Source: an uncultured Rivularia sp. (GTDB taxonomy: Bacteria; Cyanobacteriota; Cyanobacteriia; Cyanobacteriales; Nostocaceae). Taken from it: a stretch of 64,000 bases of DNA. The notes beneath the pieces were generated by a model, which worked only from the letters and a program-made list of their open reading frames with translations, was not told the origin of the DNA and made no database searches. Made by a program: the position numbers and the translations under genes. Below are positions 34,042-45,083 of the stretch, one piece after another. The number at the start of each line of letters is the position of its first letter. Position 1 is the first letter of the stretch. The DNA lies in the NCBI GenBank assembly GCA_963665115.1, contig OY762007.1:6624001-6688000 (forward strand). The letters are read 5' to 3'.

Positions 34042-34107
34042 GGTTAGTAGTAGCGCTTTAGCGCCTCATGATTCGGGATTTGGAGGCGCTGAAGCGCAAC
34101 TACGAAC
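34042..34107. repeat. REP-like palindrome (gtag..gcgctt.agcgc...gcgct.aagcgcaactacgaac)
   Basis: Related copy at 39101-39161. Confidence 0.75.
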
Positions 34108-34437
34108 TTTTATTTATTAATAAATAGAATATCTAAAAATATTAAAAAAAGCATTTATGCTTATTTCCTTAGTAGGGAACAAACTACAGTGGGGACTGCT
34201 CGCTGCTTATACACAGATGAGAAGGGTTGGCATTTAGTCATTATGGGAATGATTAAACTCATAAGTATAAAAAAGTTTGCTCAATCTACCCAGAAAATAT
34301 CCTATTGTTGCGCTTAAAATTGCAATTAATTGAGTAAGATTTGAAAAATATCAAAAACTTATTACTTCATCTTATCTTTAAAAATATCAAAAAAGGATTT
34401 ACGCTGATTCCTTTAATAATTTAGCCAGTAAATCTAT

Positions 34438-35511
34438 TTAATGTACTGCTGCTCTTGTTGCTTCAGTATCAATCGGTTTCATCATGAACAACCGCACCAT
34501 ATGTCCGGCAATTGCAAGAAAACAAGGTACTTTTTGCAGTAATTTAACAATTTTAGGGCGATCGCTCTTATCAATCTCCGCTAACCGTAAATTACTATCG
34601 GAACATTCTTCCATTCTCTGGAAAAATTCTGGATGTTGGGTATTCAGAATTGTTGGAAATGCTCGTGCGGATGTTTTGTTGGTTTCTTCAATCACTCTCT
34701 TGTTGTATTCGCGAGCGTCTATACCAAGGGATTGATAAAAGTTGACTCGTTCAAATACCGTCAGGGTGTGGGTTACAAATACCATTAGTAAGAAAAAACG
34801 CACCCATAAACGCGCTTTCCAATTATTGAAAAGTGACGGTTGGGATCTTAACAGCGCTTTGAAGAAATCTCCATGTCTGTTTTCATCTTGACACCAACTT
34901 TCAAAGTAGCGGAATAGTGGATAGAATTGGTTTTCTGGATATAATTCCAAATGGCGAAACATAATAATATAGCGCCAATAACCAATTTTCTCGGATAGGT
35001 AAACCGTGTAAATAATCCATTCTGGGGGAAAGAAGGTATATGTACGGCTTTTGGTTAAATAACCTAAATCTAAAGAAAGATTAAAATCCGCCATTGCTTT
35101 ATTTAAAAATCCAGCATGACGTGCTTCATCCCGCGCCATACAGTTAAAAGCATCCGCTAACATGGGATTGCGGTTTTTTAATTTGCGCGATAACTCTTTA
35201 AATAGCAAAAATCCTGAAAACTCAGAAGTACAAGAGCGCTCTAAGAAATCAATGAAAGCTTCGCGTTTTTCACCTTCAATGCTATCCCAAACCTGCTTAA
35301 ACTCCTCATCGCGCACGAAGTGATGACGGTTATAGTCGGCTTTCAACTCGTCTACAATCGCCCCCAACTCCTTCTCATGCGCCGAAATATCCATTAATGC
35401 CACAGCATCAAAATCTGTTGTGTAAAACCGAGGGGTTAACAGCGTTTCCTGTACCGGCGCTTTTACACCTTCTTTGAACAATGGCTGTGAGGTTGGAAGA
35501 GACTTTGCCAT
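34438..35511 (-). CDS. acsF: Mg-protoporphyrin IX monomethyl ester cyclase, low-O2 paralog type
   Basis: LLTPRFYTTDF and the EFSG/DEARH/EKIGY/DENRH diiron motifs. The PPEWIIY variant and linkage to ho/hemN suggest AcsF2. Confidence 0.95.
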   Translation of the reverse strand: MAKSLPTSQPLFKEGVKAPVQETLLTPRFYTTDFDAVALMDISAHEKELGAIVDELKADYNRHHFVRDEEFKQVWDSIEGEKREAFIDFLERSCTSEFSGFLLFKELSRKLKNRNPMLADAFNCMARDEARHAGFLNKAMADFNLSLDLGYLTKSRTYTFFPPEWIIYTVYLSEKIGYWRYIIMFRHLELYPENQFYPLFRYFESWCQDENRHGDFFKALLRSQPSLFNNWKARLWVRFFLLMVFVTHTLTVFERVNFYQSLGIDAREYNKRVIEETNKTSARAFPTILNTQHPEFFQRMEECSDSNLRLAEIDKSDRPKIVKLLQKVPCFLAIAGHMVRLFMMKPIDTEATRAAVH

Positions 35512-35916
35512 AAAAATTCTTTAATTTATCCACTTTCAGCTATATATCTATTAATAGAAGAATATTTTCATCTAACGCAAAAATATTTAAATTGATTTAC
35601 AAGAACAAGTTTATACTGATGGTTTACTTGCTTTGTGTTAGGTACATTTGCTATTAAAGAATTTTATTTGCCGATAAGAATATGCAATAGTTTCTCTGCA
35701 TGGATATTATCGATCCATATCTTGCTATCTTAATTTTTGTTTATATATTATTACGCAAAACATTTAAAATGTTAGTATTTTTTTTTACGTTGCTTTTGCC
35801 AACCTAAGCCTTAAGATAGATGCTTCAAAAAACCTTATTTCGATATATTGTAATAATTATGACTACATTAGTTAAGATAAGATTAACTCAAGTTTAATAA
35901 TAGGTAATTAAAAGCG

Positions 35917-36177
35917 ATGAAAGAGTCTGATAGAGCCGATAAAGAGAATCTTCTTTTCCCTCGCAGTCGTTACTACGGTGAATTTAAGCCAGAAAACTTA
36001 GTATTTAATGCCAACTTACAAGAATTTTCTCAAAAAGTAGGCTATATAGTTAACTTTCAAACTTCAGGAAAAACAACTTCCGAAGAAGCCTACAGGCAAA
36101 TCAAAGCACTATGGAAAAAGCTGAAACACAGCAAGAAGGAACTCAGGATCGACGATGAACCTTCATCTGAAACTTAA
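35917..36177 (+). CDS. Small conserved cyanobacterial hypothetical protein
   Basis: PRSRYYGEFKPENLVFNANLQEFSQKV...AYRQIKALWKKLK. Confidence 0.8.
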   Translation: MKESDRADKENLLFPRSRYYGEFKPENLVFNANLQEFSQKVGYIVNFQTSGKTTSEEAYRQIKALWKKLKHSKKELRIDDEPSSET

Positions 36178-36231
36178 AACAACTGCGTAACCTTTCGCCG
36201 TAGATTCTTACAGATAAGTCCGAAAAACCCA

Positions 36232-36441
36232 TTAATGCTTGGCTAGTAACTCAAACTCTTTTAATTTCAACGACACCATAATATTTTCTGAATCTATGCG
36301 GATAATCCAACGCTTGCTAACCTCTTCATCCGACAATATTTCTTTCGCACAGACAAAACCTACTTTTCCGGCGATGTACGAGGGGCGCAAAACTATAACT
36401 TTATCTCCGACTTGTATACCTTCTGAGTTAGACAATTGCAC
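36232..36441 (-). CDS. Small hypothetical protein (KOW/SH3-like)
   Basis: IQVGDKVIVLRP.YIAGKVG pattern. Confidence 0.55.
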   Translation of the reverse strand: MQLSNSEGIQVGDKVIVLRPSYIAGKVGFVCAKEILSDEEVSKRWIIRIDSENIMVSLKLKEFELLAKH

Positions 36442-36850
36442 CCCCGAATCAAAAAAATATATTTATCTTAATTAGTCAACAAAATAATACAATCAATAAC
36501 CGATGTATCTCTTAACTGTTTCTTAACTTGAGATTTATATTAGCGTTTTTTAGGCGATCGAGATAAATATCGTACATAGTAATTACTTATAGACAGTACA
36601 ATATTTGATAGATCGTCATAATCAAAACATATCTATATAGATAAAGACTTTGGCAGATATTTCTGAAGATATGAAGAAATGTTTATAGCTATATGCGGAT
36701 ACAAAAAATAAAATTTAGGGCGAGTATTCTAGAAATCATGGTAATTTTGTAGTCGTATTTCGCGCTCGATGCTCGTTTCAGCATTGGGGACTATAATTCA
36801 AACTGCGTAAATCCTGTGGAAAATCGCGTTTCATCAATGCAGGATTAGAA

Positions 36851-37550
36851 ATGAGTAACAATCTAGCTATAAAACTCCGTACCGGAAACCCAGCAGTCTC
36901 ATGCTGCAACGGAAGAAATTGGTTTTATGAAATGTTTCGTCAAAGGCGTTGTCGATAGAAATTGCTTTGCGAAATTTTTGAGCAACCTATATTTCGTCTA
37001 CAGCGAATTAGAAGCAGCACTCGAAAATCATCAAAATCATCCTTGTGTTGGTATTCTTTACTTTTCCGAGCTTAATCGCAAAGCTAATTTAGAAAAAGAT
37101 TTAGAGTTTTACTACGGTTCGGATTGGCACAATCAAATTACACCGTTAGCATCTGCTCAAAATTATATTTCCCGCATTCGCGAAGTAGCTGAAAAAGAAC
37201 CAGAATTACTGATAGGACACGCTTACACCCGCTACATGGGCGACTTATCCGGCGGACAAATGTTGCAAAAAGTAGTCCAATCAACCTTGAATTTAGAAGG
37301 TTATCAAGGCACATCTTTTTATAACTTCGAGCAAATCCCCGACAAAAAAGCATTTAAAAACAGATATCGGGAAGCTCTCGATCGAGTACCCGTTGACGAC
37401 ACAACAGCTGACAAAATCGTTGCAGAAGCCAACAATTCATTCTTTTTCAATATGCAGATAGCAAGAGAATTGGAAGAAATTTTGATCGAATCAATCGGCG
37501 AAGCGAAGTTTCATAAGTTGATTAGTAATGAAACTGCTACGGCGAATTGA
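36851..37550 (+). CDS. ho2: Heme oxygenase (Ho2-like), apparent +1 frameshift at 36886-36888
   Basis: Removing one A gives MSNNLAIKLRTGTQQSHAATEEIGFMKCF..., restoring the proximal His; HAYTRYMGDLSGGQ motif. Confidence 0.88.
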
Positions 37551-37701
37551 GGGATGGGGAAATTTTTATAGTAGTGAGTAAAGAGTAATGAGTAGTGAGT
37601 AAAAAGTTTTATTTTCTAGCTATTTACTACTCCTGACTCACTACCTACTACTCGCTACTTATTCCTAGCAACTAACAACTATCTACTAACTACGAACAAA
37701 A

Positions 37702-39084
37702 ATGGTATTCCAATTTCCTGGCGTTAAGTTTGACTTAGATATCATTCAAAAATACAATACTCCGACACCGAGATATACTAGCTATCCACCCGCTACAGAG
37801 TTAACCGAAGCGTTTAATGCGAAGGATTTTGAGTCAGCTATTTCTATCTCAAATAGTAGAAAAACTCCGCTATCTTTATATTTACATATACCTTTTTGTG
37901 AAAGTGCTTGTTATTACTGCGGGTGCAATACGATTATCTCTGAGAAAAAAGAGATTGCTATTCCTTACGTCAAACATTTAGTTAAAGAAATTCAGCAAAC
38001 AGCTAGTTTGATTGATTCGGATCGAAAAGTTGTGCAAATGCATTGGGGAGGAGGAACTCCAAATTATTTGAACGTACATCAGGTAAAAACACTATGGGGA
38101 AATATCAATCAGTATTTTAATCTTGATGTTGATTCGGAAGTTTCTATTGAAATTAATCCTACGTATGTAGATAGAGATTATATTTTGTTTCTTCGAGAAA
38201 TTGGGTTTAATCGGATTAGCTTCGGAATTCAGGATTTTAATTATGAGGTGCAGGCTGCTGTAAATCGCGTTCAACCGGAAGAAATGCTGTTTAATGTGAT
38301 GGATTGGATTCGAGAAGCTGGATTTAAAAGTGTAAATGTAGACTTGATTTATGGTTTACCTTTTCAAACTTTGCACGGTTTTTGGAAGACGGTTACAAAA
38401 ACTATTAAATTAAATCCCGATCGAATTGCCGTATTTAATTTTGCTTACGTACCTTGGCTGAAACCACTACAGAAAAAGTTACCAGTAGATGCGCTTCCAA
38501 AACCCCAAGAAAAACTTGAAATTTTTAAATTGACAATCGAGGAACTTACCGCAAATCACTATCAGTTTATCGGCATGGATCACTTTGCTAAAGCCGACGA
38601 CGAATTGGCGATCGCCCAAAGTAATGGTAGTCTGGGACGGACTTTCCAAGGTTACACGACTCATGCAGAAACTGAGTTATTTGGTTTTGGTTCGACATCG
38701 GTAAGTTTGCTCAGAGATGCTTACGCTCAAAATCACAAAAAACTTAAAGATTATTATCAAGCGGTTGAAGCGGGAGTTTTACCAATTAGTAAAGGATTCA
38801 AATTAAGTTGGGATGATATTCTTAGAAGAGAAGTAATTATGTCTATTATGTCTGGTGGGATATTACGTTTTTCAGATATTGAAGCTAAATATCAGATTAA
38901 ATTTAATCAGTATTTCTCCCAAGAATTATCAGCATTAAAATTAGTAGAAACAGATGGGCTGATTAGGTTATCAAGCAATCAAATTGAAGTTACAGAAATC
39001 GGTAGATTGTTGGTAAGAAATATTGCCGTTATTTTTGATTCTCGAAAAACTACTCAACAGAATAAATTTTCCCGCGCAATTTAA
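37702..39084 (+). CDS. hemN: Oxygen-independent coproporphyrinogen III oxidase
   Basis: PRYTSYP, HIPFCESACYYCGC radical-SAM motif, GGGTP and IGMDHF. Confidence 0.96.
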   Translation: MVFQFPGVKFDLDIIQKYNTPTPRYTSYPPATELTEAFNAKDFESAISISNSRKTPLSLYLHIPFCESACYYCGCNTIISEKKEIAIPYVKHLVKEIQQTASLIDSDRKVVQMHWGGGTPNYLNVHQVKTLWGNINQYFNLDVDSEVSIEINPTYVDRDYILFLREIGFNRISFGIQDFNYEVQAAVNRVQPEEMLFNVMDWIREAGFKSVNVDLIYGLPFQTLHGFWKTVTKTIKLNPDRIAVFNFAYVPWLKPLQKKLPVDALPKPQEKLEIFKLTIEELTANHYQFIGMDHFAKADDELAIAQSNGSLGRTFQGYTTHAETELFGFGSTSVSLLRDAYAQNHKKLKDYYQAVEAGVLPISKGFKLSWDDILRREVIMSIMSGGILRFSDIEAKYQIKFNQYFSQELSALKLVETDGLIRLSSNQIEVTEIGRLLVRNIAVIFDSRKTTQQNKFSRAI

Positions 39085-39100
39085 CAGTTAGACGAATCAA

Positions 39101-39161
39101 AGGTTCGTAGTAAGCGCTTCAGCGCCTCCGATAAGAAGCGCTAAAGCGCAACTACGAACCT
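39101..39161. repeat. REP-like palindrome, possible bidirectional terminator
   Basis: aggttcgtag...ctacgaacct stem between convergent hemN and CCD. Confidence 0.75.
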
Positions 39162-39162
39162 A

Positions 39163-40674
39163 TTAATCTACAAACACATCATCAACAAAATTCCCATGTA
39201 ATCCATAGGGAATATGATGCTTGAGATGCAGTCTTGCAATTGGTTCTTTATTCAAATCCTTGGCATCTAAAATTACCACGTCAGAACGATGGTGAGTTGA
39301 ATCGTAAACCAAACCCAACAGCCAACCATCATCTTCATCACCATTGCGATTTCGCGGCACAAAATTCGGCTCGCTAGCGTAACCATGAGGTGCAGCACTC
39401 CAAATTTGCTTTTCACCAGTTTCTAAATCTACTTTTTCAAATGCTTGCAGTGGTGCATTACCTTCAGCAGCATGAGCCGCACCCATGTATAAATAACGAT
39501 GCTCGCGTCCGACTTTCTGTGGATGCACGCTAGGAAATTCACAGCAACGGCTTTCAATTAATTCTCGTCGTACCGTATTATCATCAAGATTAAGATGAAA
39601 CCGCCATAATTGCCCTGGCTCTAAAGATTCAAAATCAGTTTCTCTAAAATCACTTTCGGGTTCCACTTCTGGTAAAGCTTCGTAGCAAATAGAATCAATA
39701 ACTATTTCACGATCTTTTTCAAAAGCATTGGTATGGTGAAACACAAATCCCGATTGCGTTTCTAATATTTGCACCTGATTTTTATTCCCCTCATTTGCAA
39801 TCTTTGAATTTCGCGGAATTATCAAAACTTTTGTAGGTTGATTTGCCTGAAAATCAATGCATTCCCCAGCACCACGCATTCCTAAAGCAAAAGGAATCGG
39901 GTTAAAAGAAACGGGATTTTGAAAGAATATGCAGTAATTAGGAGTAATCGCGAAATCGTGGATAAAAGCAAAACCTGGAACGCTATGTAAGTTTTTACGG
40001 ACTATGTTACCCGCAGTATCTAATTCAAAAATAGTAATAGTTGTAGACAATCCCGGTTTGATAGAAAAATTCACCAAACAAGGTTCGCCATTATCTTGTT
40101 CGCAACTAGGATCGAAACGTGGATGTGCTGCAAAAGCTTCACCTTCAGATAAAACACGATTAAAATGTTCTTTACCCAAGGTTTCTAATGTACGTGGATC
40201 GAGTTTATGAGGATCTGCTGCTTCCCACAAGGCTAATAGCTTACCACCCCAATAAATAACATTAGTATTAGCAATATTTTTCAGATTAAAATCAAAAGCA
40301 TTCGCCAACCAACCACCAGGCTTTTGAGTTCCAAATACGCCGCGATAAAGAATTTTTCCGGCTTTTTGCTCTTCTACATAAGCTTTAGTCTGAACAAAAC
40401 GGTTGCTAAAATGAGCGCGTCCGTTAGTAAAAGTAATCCGGCTAATCATTCCATCCCCATCAAAAGGATGATGAATATTTTGCCCGTTAATATCCAACAA
40501 ACCCGGACCATTTTTAAACAGCGTACCGTTTAACTCCGGCGGAATTTCTCCTTCAATATCATCAATCCAATAATCATATTCTTCTTTTAAAGATTGATAT
40601 CCTTCCCGCCAATGTTCGCGAGTATAAGACTTTTCTTTACTTGCATCTCTTTCGTCAATTTGAATATTTTGCAT
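39163..40674 (-). CDS. Carotenoid cleavage oxygenase (RPE65 family)
   Basis: HPFDGDG, AHP, IHDF, FHH, EFP, EP.FVP and GLHG motifs. Confidence 0.95.
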   Translation of the reverse strand: MQNIQIDERDASKEKSYTREHWREGYQSLKEEYDYWIDDIEGEIPPELNGTLFKNGPGLLDINGQNIHHPFDGDGMISRITFTNGRAHFSNRFVQTKAYVEEQKAGKILYRGVFGTQKPGGWLANAFDFNLKNIANTNVIYWGGKLLALWEAADPHKLDPRTLETLGKEHFNRVLSEGEAFAAHPRFDPSCEQDNGEPCLVNFSIKPGLSTTITIFELDTAGNIVRKNLHSVPGFAFIHDFAITPNYCIFFQNPVSFNPIPFALGMRGAGECIDFQANQPTKVLIIPRNSKIANEGNKNQVQILETQSGFVFHHTNAFEKDREIVIDSICYEALPEVEPESDFRETDFESLEPGQLWRFHLNLDDNTVRRELIESRCCEFPSVHPQKVGREHRYLYMGAAHAAEGNAPLQAFEKVDLETGEKQIWSAAPHGYASEPNFVPRNRNGDEDDGWLLGLVYDSTHHRSDVVILDAKDLNKEPIARLHLKHHIPYGLHGNFVDDVFVD

Positions 40675-40741
40675 ATCTGTAGATGTTAGAAGTTAGTAGT
40701 TATAAAAACAATTGTAGTGTTCGCATCTTGCTCCCTTTCTG

Positions 40742-40820
40742 TCCCAATTCCCAATTCCAATTCCCAATTCCAATTCCCAATGCCCAATTCCCAATGCCCA
40801 ATTCCCAATGCCCAATGCCT
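40742..40820. repeat. STRR (CCCAATT/CCCAATG)n
   Basis: Heptamer tandem repeats. Confidence 0.85.
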
Positions 40821-40828
40821 AATAATGA

Positions 40829-42259
40829 TTATTCAACCGCTTCTTCAGGTTTTTTCATAATTAATTCTGACATCAAATTAGGTAAAGTGTCCTGTTCATC
40901 GCTATCTTTTAAAGCTGGTTGCGATACTTTCAGAGTTTCTTCTTCCTTCTCTGGCAGCCAATTAATAAATGGTAATGGCAACAAAGTACTCAGATTAGTA
41001 ATTGTTACTAACAGCCACAGCTTATCAAAGTTGTTTTCAGTAACTCCTAAATAATGCATCAATGCTGCACCTGTCTCATGGGAAACTAATCCCGCTAAGT
41101 TAGTTATCGACATTAATAATGCAAATAAAGTCGCTTCTACTCCCGGCGGACAAATTCTCGCTGCTAATACCAAAACTGGCATATAGGCAATTTGTCCCAT
41201 TACCGTCAGAATTAAACTATCACCTAAGCTAAACCAATGGTCATCTATTCCTAAAGCCCGGTTAGCATGAGTCACTAATAACAGCGTCGTCAACCCCAAA
41301 ACGGCTGAGATTACCGTACTCCAACCAAAAATCACCCTAAACGGAACGCTTTTAAGAAAACGTTGAAAGATCCAAATTCCAAATAAAGCCGCAACACTCG
41401 TTACTAACCGTACCCTTCCCAAAAATTCTGGTTTAAAATGTAGCTCGTTAGTAGTAAAAAAGAAAAATGCCGATTCCGAACTTGGTGTAGCTAGCCAGAT
41501 GAAGAGAAAGGCAGCAGGTAGCCAAATTACTTTTTTAGTTATGGCTTGACGCAATAACTTGATTTGCTGTTTAACATCTTCAAAATTGCCGTTTTTATCA
41601 TCTTCCGGATTATGCTCTACCGGAGATTCAGCAATTAACCAAGCAACTCCAGAAACAATCAACGGAAATGTCGCGGTAATCCAAAATACAGTGCGTGTAG
41701 TGAAATGCTCTAATAAAAATCCGCTAAAGTAAGCGGTTATCAAACCTCCAAATGCCGAAGCTCCCCAACAAATCGATTGTAAAGAACCTGCTTCAGCTTG
41801 CGATTCCGATCTTGCTCTTTCTACTACCAGCGAGTCAACTATTACATCACTAACTGCAACCGAAAGCGAGCTTAACAAAATGGCAGTTGTCGCAGCCGGA
41901 CTACTATGAACTACAGTCGCCATACCTGCCCAAGCTACTGCTCCAAGTATCCCCGACAAAATTAAATAAGGTCGTCTTCGATAACCAAATATAGGGAACC
42001 CATCGGAAAAGAAGCCAAATACAGGCTTAATAATCCAAGGTAGAACGATAATACCAAATAAGGCTGAAACCTCGGCAGGACTTAGCCCAAGTTCATCTTT
42101 GAGAAAAAAGCTAACCGCTAAACGCGATAGCCCCAAAATACCTTGGACGAAATAAACAGTAAGAATTGCGAACAACTCTGGTGTCGGTTCATTACCGAAA
42201 AGAATTTTTTCTTGTATTAAATGTTTGAGCTTAGACCAGCCAGAGGAAGATACCTGCAT
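40829..42259 (-). CDS. Folate/biopterin (BT1) MFS transporter
   Basis: YFVQG, PWIIKP..GF.SD, DVIVDS and [14 protein letters not shown] motifs. Confidence 0.93.
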   Translation of the reverse strand: MQVSSSGWSKLKHLIQEKILFGNEPTPELFAILTVYFVQGILGLSRLAVSFFLKDELGLSPAEVSALFGIIVLPWIIKPVFGFFSDGFPIFGYRRRPYLILSGILGAVAWAGMATVVHSSPAATTAILLSSLSVAVSDVIVDSLVVERARSESQAEAGSLQSICWGASAFGGLITAYFSGFLLEHFTTRTVFWITATFPLIVSGVAWLIAESPVEHNPEDDKNGNFEDVKQQIKLLRQAITKKVIWLPAAFLFIWLATPSSESAFFFFTTNELHFKPEFLGRVRLVTSVAALFGIWIFQRFLKSVPFRVIFGWSTVISAVLGLTTLLLVTHANRALGIDDHWFSLGDSLILTVMGQIAYMPVLVLAARICPPGVEATLFALLMSITNLAGLVSHETGAALMHYLGVTENNFDKLWLLVTITNLSTLLPLPFINWLPEKEEETLKVSQPALKDSDEQDTLPNLMSELIMKKPEEAVE

Positions 42260-42571
42260 TGGTAAATATTTTTTAAGATTTCTATACTTTTATTATGATA
42301 ACTATTAACAGTACTCGCGACCCTCTGAGGTATGGAATGTCAAGACAAATTGATTACTTTGAGGGAATAGGGAACAGGGAATAGAGAAGAGGAAATAAAG
42401 AAAAAATTTTTATTCAGTAATTTTCTCAAAATCAACCGTCGTGTTCCTCCGCAACGCAGTGACTCCCCAAGCAATACCACAATCTTCCCTACGTCTGGGC
42501 GGTTTTTCCATAGGTTATCTTCTTACGGGAAGAAAGTAAGAGTTTATATAATCTATTCCCTGCTCCCTTGC

Positions 42572-43786
42572 TTAATTTCCATTACCTAAAACTACAACCG
42601 CATTTTGTCCTCCAAAGCCAAAGCTAAAACACATTGCTCGCCCGATATCGCTTTGACGGGCTTCTCTGACTAAATTCAAATCAAATTCTGATTTCTGCAA
42701 ACCAACAGAAGGTGGTAAAATTTGATACTGTAAACTCATCAAAGAAAAAGCTACTCCTAAAGCACCGGAAGCTCCAACTGTATGACCAGTACTTCCTTTT
42801 GTTGAGCTAACCGCCACTCTTTTATTAAATATTTCTTGTATAGCTAAACTCTCTACACGGTCATTCATCTGCGTAGCCGTACCGTGAGCGTGAATGTAAT
42901 CAATATCTTCGGGAGAAATATGAGTGCGATGTAAACAATCTTTAACCGCAGAAATTGCACCTGTTCCTTGCGGGTCGGGTTGATTTGCATGATAAGCGTC
43001 AGATGTCAAGCCAAAACCAAGTATTTCACCGTAGATCTTTGCTCCACGCCGACGTGCTAACTCTGCTGATTCCAAAATAAATACCGCCCCACCTTCACCT
43101 AAAACCAAACCTTCCCGATTGACATCAAAAGGATAAGCACCAGTTTTTGCCAAAGCGCCCATTTTATCAAAACCAGCAATCGTCAGAGGAGTAATTGGAG
43201 CTTCCACCGCACCCGCAATAACTCGCTCGCATCGCCCAGATTTAATTAAATTAAAACCTTGAAAAAGTGCCCAAATACCAGTAGCACAAGCCGCCATCGG
43301 CGCTAAGACAATTCCAGTTGCACCCACAAGTCGTGCTGCTGCGATCGCATTCATGTGGGGGAGGGAGGAGAGGAAGAGATTGGGAGATTGGGAGAGGGGG
43401 GGATGGGGAGAAGGTTTTTCTGTGCTATCTCCTTGTCTCCTTGTCCCCTTGTCCCCTTGTCTCCTTGTCCCTTCAACATACATCCACCTTGCCATTCTTT
43501 CCCATTCCGCTTGATAGCTCCGACTCGAACCAATTACAACTCCGCAGTCGGGTAAAGGTGGAACTAATGAAGCATCTTGTAAAGCAGAAATGACAACCTG
43601 CTGAGTAAGACTTTTTAACTGCGCTGGGCGATCGCCAATCAAACCTAAAGGAAGGATTTGTAATTCTGGAAAAACTTGACGCTGCTTAATTCCACATTCA
43701 CCTGCAATTAAACGCCGCCAACTATCTTCCAGGCAATTGCCCAAAGCAGAAATCAAACCAATACCAGTAACTACAACCCGATTCAA
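42572..43786 (-). CDS. Beta-ketoacyl-ACP synthase (FabF-like paralog) with in-frame STRR insert
   Basis: VVVTGIG, ACATG, HAHGT, KGSTGH and SFGFGG motifs. Confidence 0.9.
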   Translation of the reverse strand: MNRVVVTGIGLISALGNCLEDSWRRLIAGECGIKQRQVFPELQILPLGLIGDRPAQLKSLTQQVVISALQDASLVPPLPDCGVVIGSSRSYQAEWERMARWMYVEGTRRQGDKGTRRQGDSTEKPSPHPPLSQSPNLFLSSLPHMNAIAAARLVGATGIVLAPMAACATGIWALFQGFNLIKSGRCERVIAGAVEAPITPLTIAGFDKMGALAKTGAYPFDVNREGLVLGEGGAVFILESAELARRRGAKIYGEILGFGLTSDAYHANQPDPQGTGAISAVKDCLHRTHISPEDIDYIHAHGTATQMNDRVESLAIQEIFNKRVAVSSTKGSTGHTVGASGALGVAFSLMSLQYQILPPSVGLQKSEFDLNLVREARQSDIGRAMCFSFGFGGQNAVVVLGNGN

Positions 43787-44025
43787 TTTTAGATTTTAGA
43801 TTTTGGATTTTGGATTTTGGATTTTGGATTTTAGATTTTGGATTTTAGATTGGGCATGGGGCATAGGGCAGGAGTAATTAAGGTTAGAGGTTAGAGGTTA
43901 AAGGTTAAAGGTTAGGAGTTAGTAGTGGGAGCATCTTGCTCCCTATATCTTTATAATTACTCCCATCTCCCCATGCCCAAATAATTACTCCCATCTCCCC
44001 AATCCCCAATCCCCAATCCCCATCA
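43786..44025. repeat. Mixed STRR arrays (ATTTTGG/ATTTTAG, AGGTTAG, CCCCAAT)
   Basis: Heptamer tandem repeats. Confidence 0.85.
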
Positions 44026-44028
44026 AAA

Positions 44029-44793
44029 CTACTTGGAGTTTTTCAAATTCTCTGCGCCTTCAGTAACTTTGGCGTTTTCGATTTTGTCGCCTTGCTTGAT
44101 GTTATTTACGACATCCATTCCGTCAGTAACTTTACCGAATACTGCGTAGTTACCGTCTAAGAAAGCTAAGTCTGAGAGAGCAAAGTAAAACTGCGAAGAA
44201 GCTGAGTTTGGAGACTGCGATCGCGCCATTGCGATCGCGCCAGCTTTGTGTTGCAATACTGGTGTTTTCTTGATTGTTTGCCCGTAAACTGGCTCTTCTT
44301 CACCTTGTGGCTTAATTTCCAAGGGAACAGTACGTTCCTTACCATTTACAACATACCCACCAGTTCCATTGCCTTTAGGATCTCCTCCTTGAGCTACAAA
44401 TGGTTGAGGATCTTTTACCACTCTATGGAAAGTTAAACCATCGTATACGCCTTTCTGAACCAATTCTACGAAGTTACCGGCACTGATGGGAGCATTATCT
44501 CCATCTAATTCGATAGTGATGGGAGAACCATTAACGTTCATCACTACAGTAGCTTTACCTTCAAGTCTGGGTAAATCATTCATTCCTGGAACAGCCTCAT
44601 TTTTTACTTCAGATGCAAGAGTTGCTTGTACGGTTGTATCGCTATTAGATCCAGCTATTGTAGAGTCTGGAGAAGTCGTAGTCGAAGCTACTTCCCCACC
44701 AGAACATCCATTTAACGTCAAAGTACCGACAACCAAAAGCGTAACCAAAAGATACTTAGGAGCTTTCAACAGCATTTCCATAACAAAACTCAA
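44029..44793 (-). CDS. Cyclophilin-type peptidyl-prolyl isomerase, lipoprotein
   Basis: Lipobox-like LNGC, FHRVV, QGGDP, AMARS and YAVFG motifs. Confidence 0.93.
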   Translation of the reverse strand: MSFVMEMLLKAPKYLLVTLLVVGTLTLNGCSGGEVASTTTSPDSTIAGSNSDTTVQATLASEVKNEAVPGMNDLPRLEGKATVVMNVNGSPITIELDGDNAPISAGNFVELVQKGVYDGLTFHRVVKDPQPFVAQGGDPKGNGTGGYVVNGKERTVPLEIKPQGEEEPVYGQTIKKTPVLQHKAGAIAMARSQSPNSASSQFYFALSDLAFLDGNYAVFGKVTDGMDVVNNIKQGDKIENAKVTEGAENLKNSK

Positions 44794-44834
44794 CCCATGT
44801 ATCTTAGCTTCTATGGTGATTTAGGCAACAAGTC

Positions 44835-45062
44835 AATTTTGGATTTTAGATTTTAGATTTTGAATAGGGAATTGGGTTTGGGGCATGGGGCATTTAGAAC
44901 AATTAGTAGGAGTTAGGAGTTAGGAATTAGGAGTTTAGTAGCAAGTAGCAAGTAGTAAGTAGTAAGTAGTAAGTAAAATAGCCTTTTATCGTTTATTGTC
45001 GTTGGAAAACCAGACCTACTCACTACTCGCTACTCGCTACTCGCTACTCTTTACTCACTACT
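44835..45062. repeat. STRR arrays including a palindromic AGTAGTA...TACTCGC element
   Basis: Heptamer arms flanking a roughly 40-bp spacer. Confidence 0.8.
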
Positions 45063-45083
45063 TTAAACTGTCCCTCAATCTTC

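Noticed and set aside
36809..36823. Possible ChlR box AATCC-tgt-GGAAA upstream of ho
   Set aside because: The left half matches TTMCC poorly; not supportable.
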